From Magallana gigas (taxonomy: Eukaryota): a stretch of 64,000 nt of DNA. The stretch is taken from assembly GCF_963853765.1 (NCBI RefSeq), contig NC_088854.1:13144001-13208000 (forward strand). Direction: 5' to 3'. The position numbers were made by a program, and so were the translations under genes. A model generated the notes under the pieces. That model saw only the letters and a list, made by a program, of their open reading frames with translations, was not told the origin of the DNA and did not search any database. This document shows positions 37,257 through 49,384 of the stretch, in pieces (positions within the stretch are counted from its first letter, which is position 1; every line of letters begins with the position of its first letter).

Positions 37257-39732
37257 AATGTTTGCGCCATGTTTCGTTAACAAATAAATTACTCAAAGAT
37301 TCTTTTATATTTTAAACATAATGAATAGCGACTAATCTAGAAATAATTGACACAATCAATAATTATATATTTAATGTGAAACTAAAAGCAATTCAATTTC
37401 ACGCTAGCTTAACATACAATGTAAAACCCGTTGGAAAAATATTCCATTTAGTATTCTAAACAAAATATAATTTTGAATTGCAATTATGCCTATAAATCAG
37501 TAGCATTTTTCTAAACCCATCCACCCCCATCTCATCATCGTAAACATGTTTCAAGAGATAAAAACTCGATATTGTCCCTTTATTGTTGGTTGGTGGATTT
37601 CAAATAAGACAACAGTGCCTGTGGCCAAAGCCCACCATAAAACTGTATATTTTCCAATAATAAGAGATAAACTTATATTCTCGGCTAATTTTTACTGTGC
37701 TATTGATGGTTTATCTCGCGACAACCCCCTCTTCTTAATATTGTGATTTCACACAATAATCAATCTGATTTAGGGAGATTTTATTCCATAATATGACATT
37801 ATCAACATAAATCGATGTAAATCAAACAAACATAAATCGTAATAAATAACAAATCAATATGATACAAACAAACTACAGAAGGATATGTTTGATAAAAGCA
37901 TTAAATAATATATTCAAAAACATTGCGATATGATAAATACTGTTTTAACAAAACAAAGCAACAAGAAATACATGCAGTCTTTGATAGTCGTTAATGACAC
38001 GTTCGTGAATCAAATACCTAGAAAATTGAGAAGTCAAATTGATGTCTGTGTTTGAATCACGAAAAAAATAGCCATAAATTACAAGGTAGTTTTTTTCCCA
38101 TGAGATTCCGTTCTCTTATACTCTACAAAATTTCCCGCTATTCGTAAAATTCATAACTCCCAATAGTATGCACTCTTCGTGTTCGTCTCGGAGTGAGGTT
38201 CCGGACCGTATCGAAAAGGTCTTGCTTCGGTTTCTTTTCCGACATTGGAGGAGGTTTCTTCTTCCGTGTACAGCAATGAATGACCAGACAAATCATGGAG
38301 GTAATAAACGCGCTCCCACCGGCAGCCGCCACCATCATGTAAATCGTATTCATGGAGAACATCCCTTCCGCCGGCTTAGGCATCTTCTGGTTTCCTGCAG
38401 GTGGAACTGGAGTGGTATTTTTAATTGTCGTCTGCTTAACAGTGGTTGTGGTGGTGGGTTTGGTGGTAGATGTTGTAGTAGGTTTTTCAGTGGTAGTGGT
38501 AGGAGTGGTGGTAGTCGTGGTGGTAGGAGGGGTGGTAGTCGTGATGGGGGTACTGGTTGTTGTTGTCGGGGTGGTGGTTGTGGTCGTCGTAGTGGTAGGG
38601 GTAGTGGTAGTAGTGGTGGTGGTAGTCGTTGTAGTGGTGGTTGGAATATCGGTCACGGTCACTTGCATGTTGACCACATTATGTTTCTTCACGTTGTTGG
38701 CCTGAACCGTCCACTGACCGTCGTCATCAACGTCCAATGACTTTATGGTAAGGACACCTGTCTCAGATACTTCGTAATTTGGATAATCATAGTTATAATA
38801 CCTCAACTCCGTCTTGTCAGGCTTTGTCCATATGACGTCAGGGAAAGGGTCTCCTCCGAATGTACATGAAATATTGAGGCTGGAGTGATACTTGCCGGTA
38901 CTTGAAGTTGAAGTGCAACTTACAGATGCCGGTACACAGGTTAGCTGGGAGGATGGGACATTTACAATGGACATGTATTGGAGATATTCTGGTGTACTAC
39001 ACGTCACAGATTCCGGTATAGGACTAGGAAGCACTTTTACCCACTCCAAGGCACAGGTGCATTTCCAATTATTGTCATTTAAGTGGACACTCTTTATGTG
39101 TGGTAATGTCATTATTGATGAATTGGAAAGTTCTGTAAGAATGTTTCCGGAAATGTCGATATAAGCCAGATTTGTAAGTGTCTTAGTGAAGCTCCAGTCC
39201 AACTGCTTTAGTTTGTTTCCATGAAGGTCTAAGACCTTCAATATTGGAAGATTGTCTAATAAGCGCTTGTCCAGTTTCTTTAAGCCCATCTCTGCAAGGT
39301 ATAATTCTGTCAATTTGCTTAAATCGTTGAAAGCAGACAATTGTAATTCAGTGTCATTATTTCCAGACAAATTCAAAACTTTGAGTCTTGTTAACCCCTT
39401 TAACGTGTTTTGTGCTATTTCGCCAATTTTGTTGAAAGAAAGATCCAGCGTGATCAACGTTGGTGGCAATGAAGCGCTTGCTATGGATTCCACATTACTG
39501 AAAGCCATATAAAGTCTCTCCAGTTTCTGGAAGGAATTAAGATTTTTACTTTCAATCGACGGAATCTGGTTTCGAGAGGAAAAGGTACCACTCAGTTGTA
39601 ATGCAGTGAAATGACTTGGGAATCCGGACGGAAAGCTGGTTAATCCTGGTCTGCAAATAGCAGAGACATTGGAACATTGGCACTGTGTTGGACAAGAAGT
39701 TTCAACATTCCCAAAACTCACAACAATAAGTA

Positions 39733-41765
39733 GGCAATCGGTTTTTAGAACGCAGTTCGCAGTTCGCAGTTCGCAATTGAATAGTGAACTGCGTTCTATA
39801 GAACGCAGTTCGCAATTCAAAATTTAGAATTCATATTTGGGGCCCGCTTGCCTTATATGCAATTGAATAGTGAACTGCGTTCTATAGAACGCAGTTCGCA
39901 ATTCAAAATTTAGAATTCATACTTGGGGCCCGCTTGCCTTATATGCAATTGAATAGTGAACTGCGTTCTATAGAACGCAGTTCGCAATTCAAAATTTAGA
40001 ATTCATACTTGGGGCCCGCTTGCCTTATATGCAATTGAATAGTGAACTGCGTTCTATAGAACGCAGTTCGCAATTCAAAATTTAGAATTCATATTTGGGG
40101 CCCGCTTGCCTTATTTGCAATTGAATAGTGCACTGCGTTCTATAGAACGCAGTTCGCAATTCAAAATTTAGAATTCATACTTGGGGCCCGCTTGCCTTAT
40201 ATGCAATTGAATAGTGAACTGCGTTCTATAGAACGCAGTTCGCAATTCAAAATTTAGAATTCATACTTGGGGCCCGCTTGCCTTATTTGCAATTGAATAG
40301 TGAACTGCGTTCTATAGAACGCAGTTCGCAATTCAAAATTTAGAATTCATACTTGGGGCCCGCTTGCCTTATTTGCAATTGAATAGTGAACTGCGTTCTA
40401 TAGAACGCAGTTCGCAATTCAAAATTTAGAATTCATACTTGGGGCCCGCTTTCCTTATATGCAATTGAATAGTGAACTGCGTTCTATAGAACGCAGTTCG
40501 CAATTCAAAATTTAGAATTCATACTCGGGGCCCGCTTTCCTTATATGCAATTGAATAGTGAACTGCGTTCTATAGAACGCAGTTCGCAATTCAAAATTTA
40601 GAATTCATACTTGGGGCCCGCTTGCCTTATATGCAATTGAATAGTGAACTGCGTTCTATAGAACGCAGTTCGCAATTCAAAATTTAGAATTCATATTTGG
40701 GGCCCGCTTGCCTTATATGCAATTGAATAGTGAACTGCGTTCTATCTAGAACGCAGTTCGCAATTCAAATTGTTGAATAGTGAACTGCGTTCTATCTAGA
40801 ACGCAGTTCGCAATTCAAAATTTAGAATTCATACTTGGGGCCCGCTTGCCTTATATGCAATTGAATAGTGAACTGCGTTCTATAGAACGCAGTTCGCAAT
40901 TCAAAATTTAGAATTCATATTTGAGGCCCGCTTGCCTTATTTGCAATTGAATAGTGAACTGCGTTCTATAGAACGCAGTTCGCAATTCAAAATTTAGAAT
41001 TCATACTTGGGGCCCGCTTGCCTTATATGCAATTGAATAGTGAACTGCGTTCTATAGAACGCAGTTCGCAATTCAAAATTTAGAATTCATACTTGGGGCC
41101 CGCTTGCCTTATATGCAATTGAATAGTGAACTGCGTTCTATAGAACGCAGTTCGCAATTCAAAATTTAGAATTCATATTTGGGGCCCGCTTGCCTTATTT
41201 GCAATTGAATGGTGAACTGCGTTCTATAGAACGCAGTTCGCAATTCAAAATTTAGAATTCATACTTGGGGCCCGCTTGCCTTATATGCAATTGAATAGTG
41301 AACTGCGTTCTATAGAACGCAGTTCGCAATTCAAAATTTAGAATTCATACTTGGGGCCCGCTTGCCTTATTTGCAATTGAATAGTGAACTGCGTTCTATA
41401 GAACGCAGTTCGCAATTCAAAATTTAGAATTCATATTTGGGGCCCGCTTGCCTTATTTGCAATTGAATAGTGAACTGCGTTCTATAGAACGCAGTTTGCA
41501 ATTCAAAATTTAGAATTCATACTTGGGGCCCGCTTGCCTTATATGCAATTGAATAGTGAACTGCGTTCTATAGAACGCAGTTCGCAATTCAAAATTTAGA
41601 ATTCATACTTGGGGCCCGCTTGCCTTATATGCAATTGAATAGTGAACTGCGTTCTATAGAACGCAGTTCGCAATTCAAAATTTAGAATTCATACTTGGGG
41701 CCCGCTTGCCTTATATGCAATTGAATAGTTCTAGAACGCAGTTCGCAATTCATTTTTGGGGCCCG
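39733..41765 (+). repeat. Left arm: tandem array of an 86-bp unit (about 23 copies)
   Basis: ggcccg recurs at 39841, 39927 and onward (period 86). The unit contains the 26-bp palindrome gaactgcgttctatagaacgcagttc plus EcoRI, ApaI and MfeI sites. Confidence 0.97.
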
Positions 41766-41929
41766 AAATTTTCAGGGGCATCTACTAGTGGTATTTCACT
41801 ACCACTGTGAAATTTGGTGATGCAGTAATCTATAGTTTTTGAGATCTGTATGGTGTCCGGATAGGGCCATTTGCATTAGCGCGACATCGCGTTCAGATAA
41901 ACGAGACATTGCGCTAACACATGTACACA

Positions 41930-42051
41930 ACACACCGTCGCGCTAACGCAACTTTGCACAACACGCCGTCGCGCTAACACAACTTTGCACAACACGCCGT
42001 CGCGCTAACACAACTTTGCTTAACACGCCGTCGCGCTAACGCAACTTTGCA
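41930..42051 (+). repeat. 31-bp minisatellite (4 copies) in the central loop of the foldback element
   Basis: cgctaac recurs at 41941, 41972, 42003 and 42034. Confidence 0.9.
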
Positions 42052-42229
42052 AGTTTCACAGTCTAGTAGGAAGTCGTGTCCGGAAATATTAGACTGCGCA
42101 TGCTGAAATATGCATGCACGCAAGCATGGATAAAAAATAAATAAAATGTACTTTGAAATATATATATTATTTTCATTTATTATCAGTGCATATGAATAAA
42201 GATATAGTTACTAGTGTGTCACTAGATAA

Positions 42230-42412
42230 GGATATGAATTTCGTGGATCATTGTTTAGTTGATCCACGAAATTAAATATTCATTGAAGTGCAATTTTAAT
42301 TAACATTTTGTATTGATAGGTTCATTGGCCACTAATTTACGTATACTTGATATTGTGATTTTCACTTTATCCACGAAAATTGATGCCCTTGAATATCAAT
42401 GAAACTACAGTA
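42230..42412. mobile_element. Small MITE-like relic with internal hairpin
   Basis: Perfect 14-bp arms aatttcgtggatca / tgatccacgaaatt (42237-42273). The end aatgaaactacagta resembles a recalled common mollusc MITE terminus. Confidence 0.4.
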
Positions 42413-42744
42413 TTCAATTGCATATAAGCTCGATTCTCAGAAACTATAGATAACTGCATCACCATATTTTCACTGTGGTAGTGAAATACCACTAGTAGAT
42501 GCCCCTGAAAAATTCAGGTCCCGAATATGAATTCTAAATTTTGATTTGCAAATTGCTTTCTAAATAGAACGCAGTTCACTATTCAATTGCATATAAGTCC
42601 GATTCTTAAACATAGGTAATAACAGATTACAAAGCTCACCGAGACGAGGGATCACCTTTTTGAGGAATCACCTTTATGAGACCACCTTTATCATATTATT
42701 TGAAAATCATAGTTAATGATCTTGGATATACATGGATACTGTTT

Positions 42745-43700
42745 TGACAAAATATCGTATAACAATATCATATAAATAAAAATTGTATAATAATCATATG
42801 TTCATTTCATAGGGTATTATATGATACAATGTTTATCAATACGATAATATAAAATACTATATTGCATCCTATGATACCAGTACAATATATATCATATATT
42901 ACAATAAAATATATACTGTAATAAATAATGATGAAATATGATATTGTAACATATGATATGACATTGTATCTTGTTATACATTATTGTATTTGATCACATA
43001 ATACACTATCATAATATATTATGATATTGATATGATATGATACATTATAATAATATATGATACAATATCATATCACATAATGCATCACAATATTATACTG
43101 TATAATATTATAGCATGATATTGCATTGTATGATATTGTATCATATTTAATACAATGTAGGATATTGTATCATATGATACAACAAAATTAGCTACAACAT
43201 TGTATCATATCAATTGATACAATATCATGTGATATAGTACTATATTATATCATACAATATCATAGTATACTTTATTGTATGATATGATACAATATCACAT
43301 TATACAATATCATATAATACATTTTCATATATTGATATAATTATATATTATATAAACCAATCTCATTTTATACAATATCGTATCATATGATATGATATAT
43401 ATTATACAATATCATATCATATGATACTATATTATGATGCAATATCATATGAAATAGCATGTGATAAAATATAATATATGTCATATTATACAATATCATA
43501 TTATACAATATTGTATCATAATAAACAATACTATACATAACAATATCACAATACAATATCATATCTTATGTACAAAAAAAATTGATACAATATCATATCG
43601 TATCATATAACTTTTTACAATATAATATATGATATAATATTGTATCATATAAAACAATAGTGTATCATATCATACAATACTATATCATAGGAATCATATT
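42745..43700. repeat. AT-rich degenerate (atatc/gatat-type) low-complexity tract
   Basis: About 950 bp of imperfect tacaatatcatatcatatgat-like motifs inside the HINE-like element. Confidence 0.85.
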
Positions 43701-43859
43701 ATATCATTTAACAACGAACACATCTATCAAGCAGGTTTTAGATAGGATAATTTTTTTTAGCAACTTTGATAATGGAGATCTGCATCTGAAGCTACCTCTG
43801 CAGTTCATTAATATTATAGTTAAATCAACTTTGCAAGCTATTATCTATAAAATTTGTGA

Positions 43860-44915
43860 CCTGTTCCAAAAAAACAAATCTCATCCAGCATCCGAAACAT
43901 ACGCCTCAGATTCAGCATTCAAGCCTGCCAGGTGCATCAGTATCATAAGACGTATCATCCATGCAAGTTTTATGAAGTTGGGACCAGTAATAACTAAGAT
44001 ATAATCATCAGAGGGCACCTGCTCCAAAAACTTTAACAAACTCTTAAAACCTTAACCTCCTTCAGCATCCGAAACCTATGGCTCAGATTCAGCATTCATG
44101 CCTGTCAGGTGCATCAGTATTATAAGACGCACCATCCATATAAGTTTGGTGAAGTTAAGACCAGTGATAACTAAGTTATAATCATCAAAGGGCACCTGCT
44201 CCAAAACTTTAACCAGCTCTAAAAACCTTAACCTCATCCAGCATCCGAAACTTATGGCTCAGATTCGGCATTCCTTCCTGTCAGAGGCATCAGTATCATA
44301 CGACACACCATCTATGCAAGTTTGGTGAAGTTAGGACCAGTAATAACTAAGATATAATCATCAAAGGGCACCTGCTCCAAAAACTTTAACCAGCTCTTAA
44401 AACCTTAACCTCATCCATCATCTGAAACCTATGGCCCAGATTCAGCATTCAAGCCTGCCAGGTATATCAGTATCATAAGACGCACCATCTATGCAAATTT
44501 AGTGAAGTTAGGACCAGTAATACCTAAGATATAATCATCAAAGGGCACCTGCTCCAAAAACGTTAACCAGCTCTAAAAACCTTAACCTCATCCAGCATCT
44601 GAAACCTAAGGCTCAGATTCAGCATTAAAGCATGTCTGATGCATCAGTATCATAAGATGCACCATCCATGCAAGTTTGGTAAAGTTAGGACCAGTAGTAA
44701 CCTATAAATTGCTATCAAAGGGCACCTGCACCAAAAACTCTAACTTGCTCCAAAAACCTTAACCTCCTCCAGCATCTGAAACTCATGGCCCTGATTCAGC
44801 ATTCAGGTCTTTCAAGTCCATGAGTAGGTCAAGATGCATCATCCATGCAAGTTTGGTGAAGATAGGACAAGTAATAACTTAGATACAGGACCTGCAACAA
44901 AAACTTTAACCAGGT
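43860..44915 (+). repeat. 177-bp tandem repeat (about 6 copies)
   Basis: agcatc(c/t)gaaac anchors at 43887, 44064, 44240, 44417, 44594 and 44771. Confidence 0.93.
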
Positions 44916-44983
44916 TCGGACGCCGACGCCGAGGGTATAGCATAAGCTCCCCCCGACTTCGTTTCGGTGAGCTAAAAACTACC

Positions 44984-47157
44984 CAAATATGAATTCTAAA
45001 TTTGAATTGCAAACTGCGTTCTAGATAGAACGCAGTTCACTATTCAATTGCATATAAGGCAAGCGGGCCTCAAATATGAATTCTAAATTTTGAATTGCGA
45101 ACTGCGTTCTAGATAGAACGCAGTTCACTATTCAATTGCATATAAGGAAAGCGGGCCTCAAATATGAATTCTAAATTTTGAATTGCGAACTGCGTTCTAG
45201 ATAGAACGCAGTTCACTATTTAATCGCACTAAATTTTGAATTGCGAACTGCGTTCTATAGAACGCAGTTCACTATTCAATTGCATATAAGGAAAGCGGGC
45301 CTCAAATATGAATTCTAAATTTTGAATTGCGAACTGCGTTCTAGATAGAACGCAGTTCACTATTTAATCGCACTAAATTTTGAATTGCGAAGGGCGTTCT
45401 ATAGAACGCAGTTCACTATTCAATTGCATATAAGGCAAGCGGGCCCCAAGTATGAATTCTAAATTTTGAATTGCGAACTGCGTTCTATAGAACGCAGTTC
45501 ACTATTCAATTGCATATAAGGCAAGCGGGCCCCAAGTATGAATTCTAAATTTTGAATTGCGATCTGCGTTCTATAGAACGCAGTTCACTATTCAATTGCA
45601 TAGAAGGCAAGCGGGCCCCAAATATGAATTCTAAATTTTGAATTGCGAACTGCGTTCTATAGAACGCAGTTCACTATTCAATTGCATATAAGGCAAGCGG
45701 GCCCCAAATATGAATTCTAAATTTTGAATTGCGAACTGCGTTCTATAGAACGCAGTTCACTATTCAATTGCATATAAGGAAAGCGGGCCCCAAGTATGAA
45801 TTCTAAATTTTGAATTGCGAACTGCGTTCTATAGAACGCAGTTCACTATTCAATTGCATATAAGGCAAGCGGGCCCCAAGTATGAATTCTAAATTTTGAA
45901 TTGCGATCTGCGTTCTATAGAACGCAGTTCACTATTCAATTGCATAGAAGGCAAGTGGGCCCCAAATATGAATTCTAAATTTTGAATTGCGAACTGCGTT
46001 CTATAGAACGCAGTTCACTATTCAATTGCATATAAGGCAAGCGGGCCCCAAATATGAATTCTAAATTTTGAATTGCGAACTGCGTTCTATAGAACGCAGT
46101 TCACTATTCAATTGCATATAAGGAAAGCGGGCCCCAAGTATGAATTCTAAATTTTGAATTGCGAACTGCGTTCTATAGAACGCAGTTCACTATTCAATTG
46201 CATATAAGGCAAGCGGGCCCCAAATATGAATTCTAAATTTTGAATTGCGAACTGCGTTCTATAGAACGCAGTTCACTATTCAATTGCATATAAGGCAAGC
46301 GGGCCCCAAGTATGAATTCTAAATTTTGAATTGCGAACTGCGTTCTATAGAACGCAGTTCACTATTCAATTGCATATAAGGCAAGCGGGCCCCAAGTATG
46401 AATTCTAAATTTTGAATTGCGAACTGCGTTCTATAGAACGCAGTTCACTATTCAATTGCATATAAGGCAAGCGGGCCCCAAATATGAATTCTAAATTTTG
46501 AATTGCGAACTGCGTTCTATAGAACGCAGTTCACTATTCAATTGCATATAAGGCAAGCGGGCCCCAAATATGAATTCTAAATTTTGAATTGCGAACTGCG
46601 TTCTATAGAACGCAGTTCACTATTCAATTGCATATAAGGCAAGCGGGCCCCAAATATGAATTCTAAATTTTGAATTGCGAACTGCGTTCTATAGAACGCA
46701 GTTCACTATTCAATTGCATATAAGGCAAGCGGGCCCCAAATATGAATTCTAAATTTTGAATTGCGAACTGCGTTCTATAGAACGCAGTTCACTATTCAAT
46801 TGCATATAAGGCAAGCGGGCCCCAAATATGAATTCTAAATTTTGAATTGCGAACTGCGTTCTATAGAACGCAGTTCACTATTCAATTGCATATAAGGCAA
46901 GCGGGCCCCAAATATGAATTCTAAATTTTGAATTGCGAACTGCGTTCTATAGAACGCAGTTCACTATTCAATTGCATATAAGGCAAGCGGGCCCCAAATA
47001 TGAATTCTAAATTTTGAATTGCGAACTGCGTTCTATAGAACGCAGTTCACTATTCAATCGCACTAAATTTTGAATTGCGAACTGCGTTCTATAGAACGCA
47101 GTTCACTATTCAATTGCGAACTGCGAACTGCGAACTGCGTTCTAAAAACCGATTGCC
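44984..47157 (-). repeat. Right arm: inverted tandem array of the 86-bp unit (about 25 copies)
   Basis: Reverse complement of the left-arm unit, with some deletion-variant units at about 45215, 45355 and 47045. Confidence 0.97.
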
Positions 47158-49384
47158 CAATAAGTACACATGAAATCGCTGTTATTTTTCTTTTATTTAC
47201 CATCTTTGTAAAAACAAAATTTGGAAGGCTCCTTAATTTTAAATTATGGCAACTGTTTTAACCGGTGCCTTTCACTTAGTGTTGCGGCTTCAGTGTCACA
47301 GCATGTCCTGCTAAGGGTTGATATGGGGAGTGATATTACGTTTCGAGGATTTATTCAAAACATTTGATCACCTGACCAGGACATGTTTAAAAAACAAACA
47401 ATTATTAGTGTACCCAATCGCCATTTATTTATGCAATCAATCGACTGCTTCCGTGTTTGGTTAAAATCTACTAAAAATCTACTAAATTTGAGTTTACAAG
47501 TGTAAGGGGAAATGTACCCTCTTATCTTTTTATTACTTTATATTCTTACTATGCAATCTCATTTGCAGCTGCAAGTTCTAAATAACAAGATGTTGTTTTA
47601 GCTGACGTTTAAAGGCAAATCGAGAACGTACGTACACGCAATAAGTTTAAACTTATTTTTTGTTTTTAAATGATGTTCTCCTTGCATTCTGAGTTTGGTT
47701 TGACTGCACTTTTCAAGCTCAAATTTTAGGAAATTTTCCTATGATTTCATTTGAAATAAAATTTTCGGTTATAAGTATGACGAAAATTTAATTGTGTTTT
47801 ATTAAGTATGATGCAACTTGAATTATACCCTTGTGTTTTCATTTCTGGAAAATATTGTCATTTGACGCGTTCGGTTCTGAAATTCTGAATTTGCTATGGA
47901 CGTGAATTCTCAGTTTTACGTGCATATGTTAACATAGACATGATAATAAATTTATTCAAGTAAATTACAGAATGTAAGATATGAGACCATGTTAAAATAA
48001 ACGAGTCCTTACACATGTTGATGGATAGCATTGGAATTGTGTTTTAATGTTTTATACAGAGTTGTATGTTCATACAGGGCATGTTGAAAAGAAAAATATG
48101 AATCCCCCCTTTCGTAAATAACTTATAATTAGCATATTTAGGGATTTGCTAGAGTAAAACACGATATCAGTTAGTGAAATCAATCTTTCTAGAAGAGGTC
48201 TTTTAAAGAAATAGATTCCAGAGTCATTTCTTTACATAGGAAAGAAAATATGTGGTCAACAGACATACAAATCAATGGAGCATGGTATTTAGTAACTATC
48301 TATTTAAAGAAACATAGAATATAAATAAGTCTAGCTGTGTCTGAGTCACGAACTGGATATGAATTTATCAAACTTTATTTTACTTTATCTTTGTGTTTAC
48401 AACTTGCAATGCTTAGCAAGGTATTACTACTATATTGTAATATTATTAACATTAATTAGAATGTTGTTCGTTGAGTTGCCAAACTAATAATTCTTTATTA
48501 TGGTATAAATGCTCGCGCCATGTCTTGTTAACAAATAAATTACTCAAAGATTCTTTTATATTTGAATAGCGACAAACACAAAACTAATGGGCACAATTAA
48601 TTATTATATATTTATGTGAAACTAAAAGCAATTCAATTTCACGCTAGGTTACATGTAGCTTAGCATACAACGTAAAATCCGTTGGAAATATATTCCATTT
48701 AGTATTTGAAACAAAATATAATTTGAAATTGCAATTATGCCCATAAATCAGTAGCATTTTTCTAAACCCATCCACCCCAATCTCATCATCGTTAACATGT
48801 TTCAAGAGATAAAACTCGAGATTGTCCCTTTATTGTTGGTTGGTGGATTTCAAATAAGACAACAGTGTCTGTGGCCAAAGCCAACATAAAACTGTATATT
48901 TTCCAATAATAAGAGATAAACTTATATTCTCGGCTAATTTTACTGTGCTATGGATGGTTTATCTCGCGACAACCCCCTCTTCTTAATATTGTAATTTCAC
49001 ACAATTATCAATCTGATTTAGGGAGATTTTATTCCATAATATGACATTATCAACATAAATCGATGTAAATCAAACAAACATAAATCGTAATAAATAACAA
49101 ATCAATATGATACAAACAAACTACAGAAGGATATTTTTGATAAAAGCATTAAATAATATATTCAAAAACATTGCGATAGGATTAATACTGTTTAAATAAA
49201 ACAAAGCAACAAGAAATACATGCAGTCTTTGATAGTCGTTAATGACACGTTCGTGAATCAAATACCTAGAAAATTATAAAGTCAAATTGATGTCTGTGTT
49301 TGAATCACGAAAAAAATAGCCATTAATTACAAGGTAGTTTTTTCCCATGAGATTCCGTTCTCTTATTCTCTACAAAATTGCCTG

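Larger units (their letters stand above)
42621..44978 (-). mobile_element. Helentron-associated (HINE/DINE-1-like) element nested in the right TIR
   Basis: Subterminal inverted repeats agctcaccgagacg (42633-42646) / cgtttcggtgagct (44960-44973), a terminal hairpin, a (cgccga) microsatellite, a T-run flank without TSD, and an internal tandem array. Confidence 0.75.
39733..47157. mobile_element. Foldback/Mutator-like non-autonomous DNA transposon with satellite-built TIRs, 7,425 bp
   Basis: Perfect terminal inversion ggcaatcggtttttagaacgcagttcgcag... at both ends. Exact 9-bp TSD caataagta (39724-39732 and 47158-47166), present once at the equivalent site in LIG4. No transposase ORF. Confidence 0.9.
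38138..47203 (-). pseudogene. LIG3: LRR-Ig-mucin-TM receptor disrupted by a transposon (5' piece 47203-47158, remainder 39732-38138)
   Basis: Removing 39733-47157 and one TSD copy restores a 1632-bp ORF (543 aa, MVNKRKITAISCVLIVVSFGNVETSCP...). With the insertion, translation from 47203 stops in the TIR after about 46 codons. Confidence 0.9.

Noticed and set aside
38140-38165. ITIM/ITAM in the LIG tails
   Set aside because: GSYEFY/GSYEHY does not match the (I/V/L/S)xYxx(L/V/I) consensus.
39733-39820. ORF-track N-terminus MNCELRSIERSS... of the 560-aa ORF (also 47070-47261)
   Set aside because: It starts at TTG inside the satellite with an in-frame stop just upstream. It is TIR sequence fused by chance to the LIG3 remainder.
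43660-44004. 114-aa ORF inside the foldback element as a possible transposase
   Set aside because: It spans low-complexity DNA and the 177-bp repeat, and has no DDE or zinc-finger motifs.
39733-47157. CRISPR-like look of palindromic regular repeats
   Set aside because: Units are head-to-tail near-identical 86-mers with no unique spacers, no cas genes and a eukaryotic context. TIR plus TSD explain the structure.
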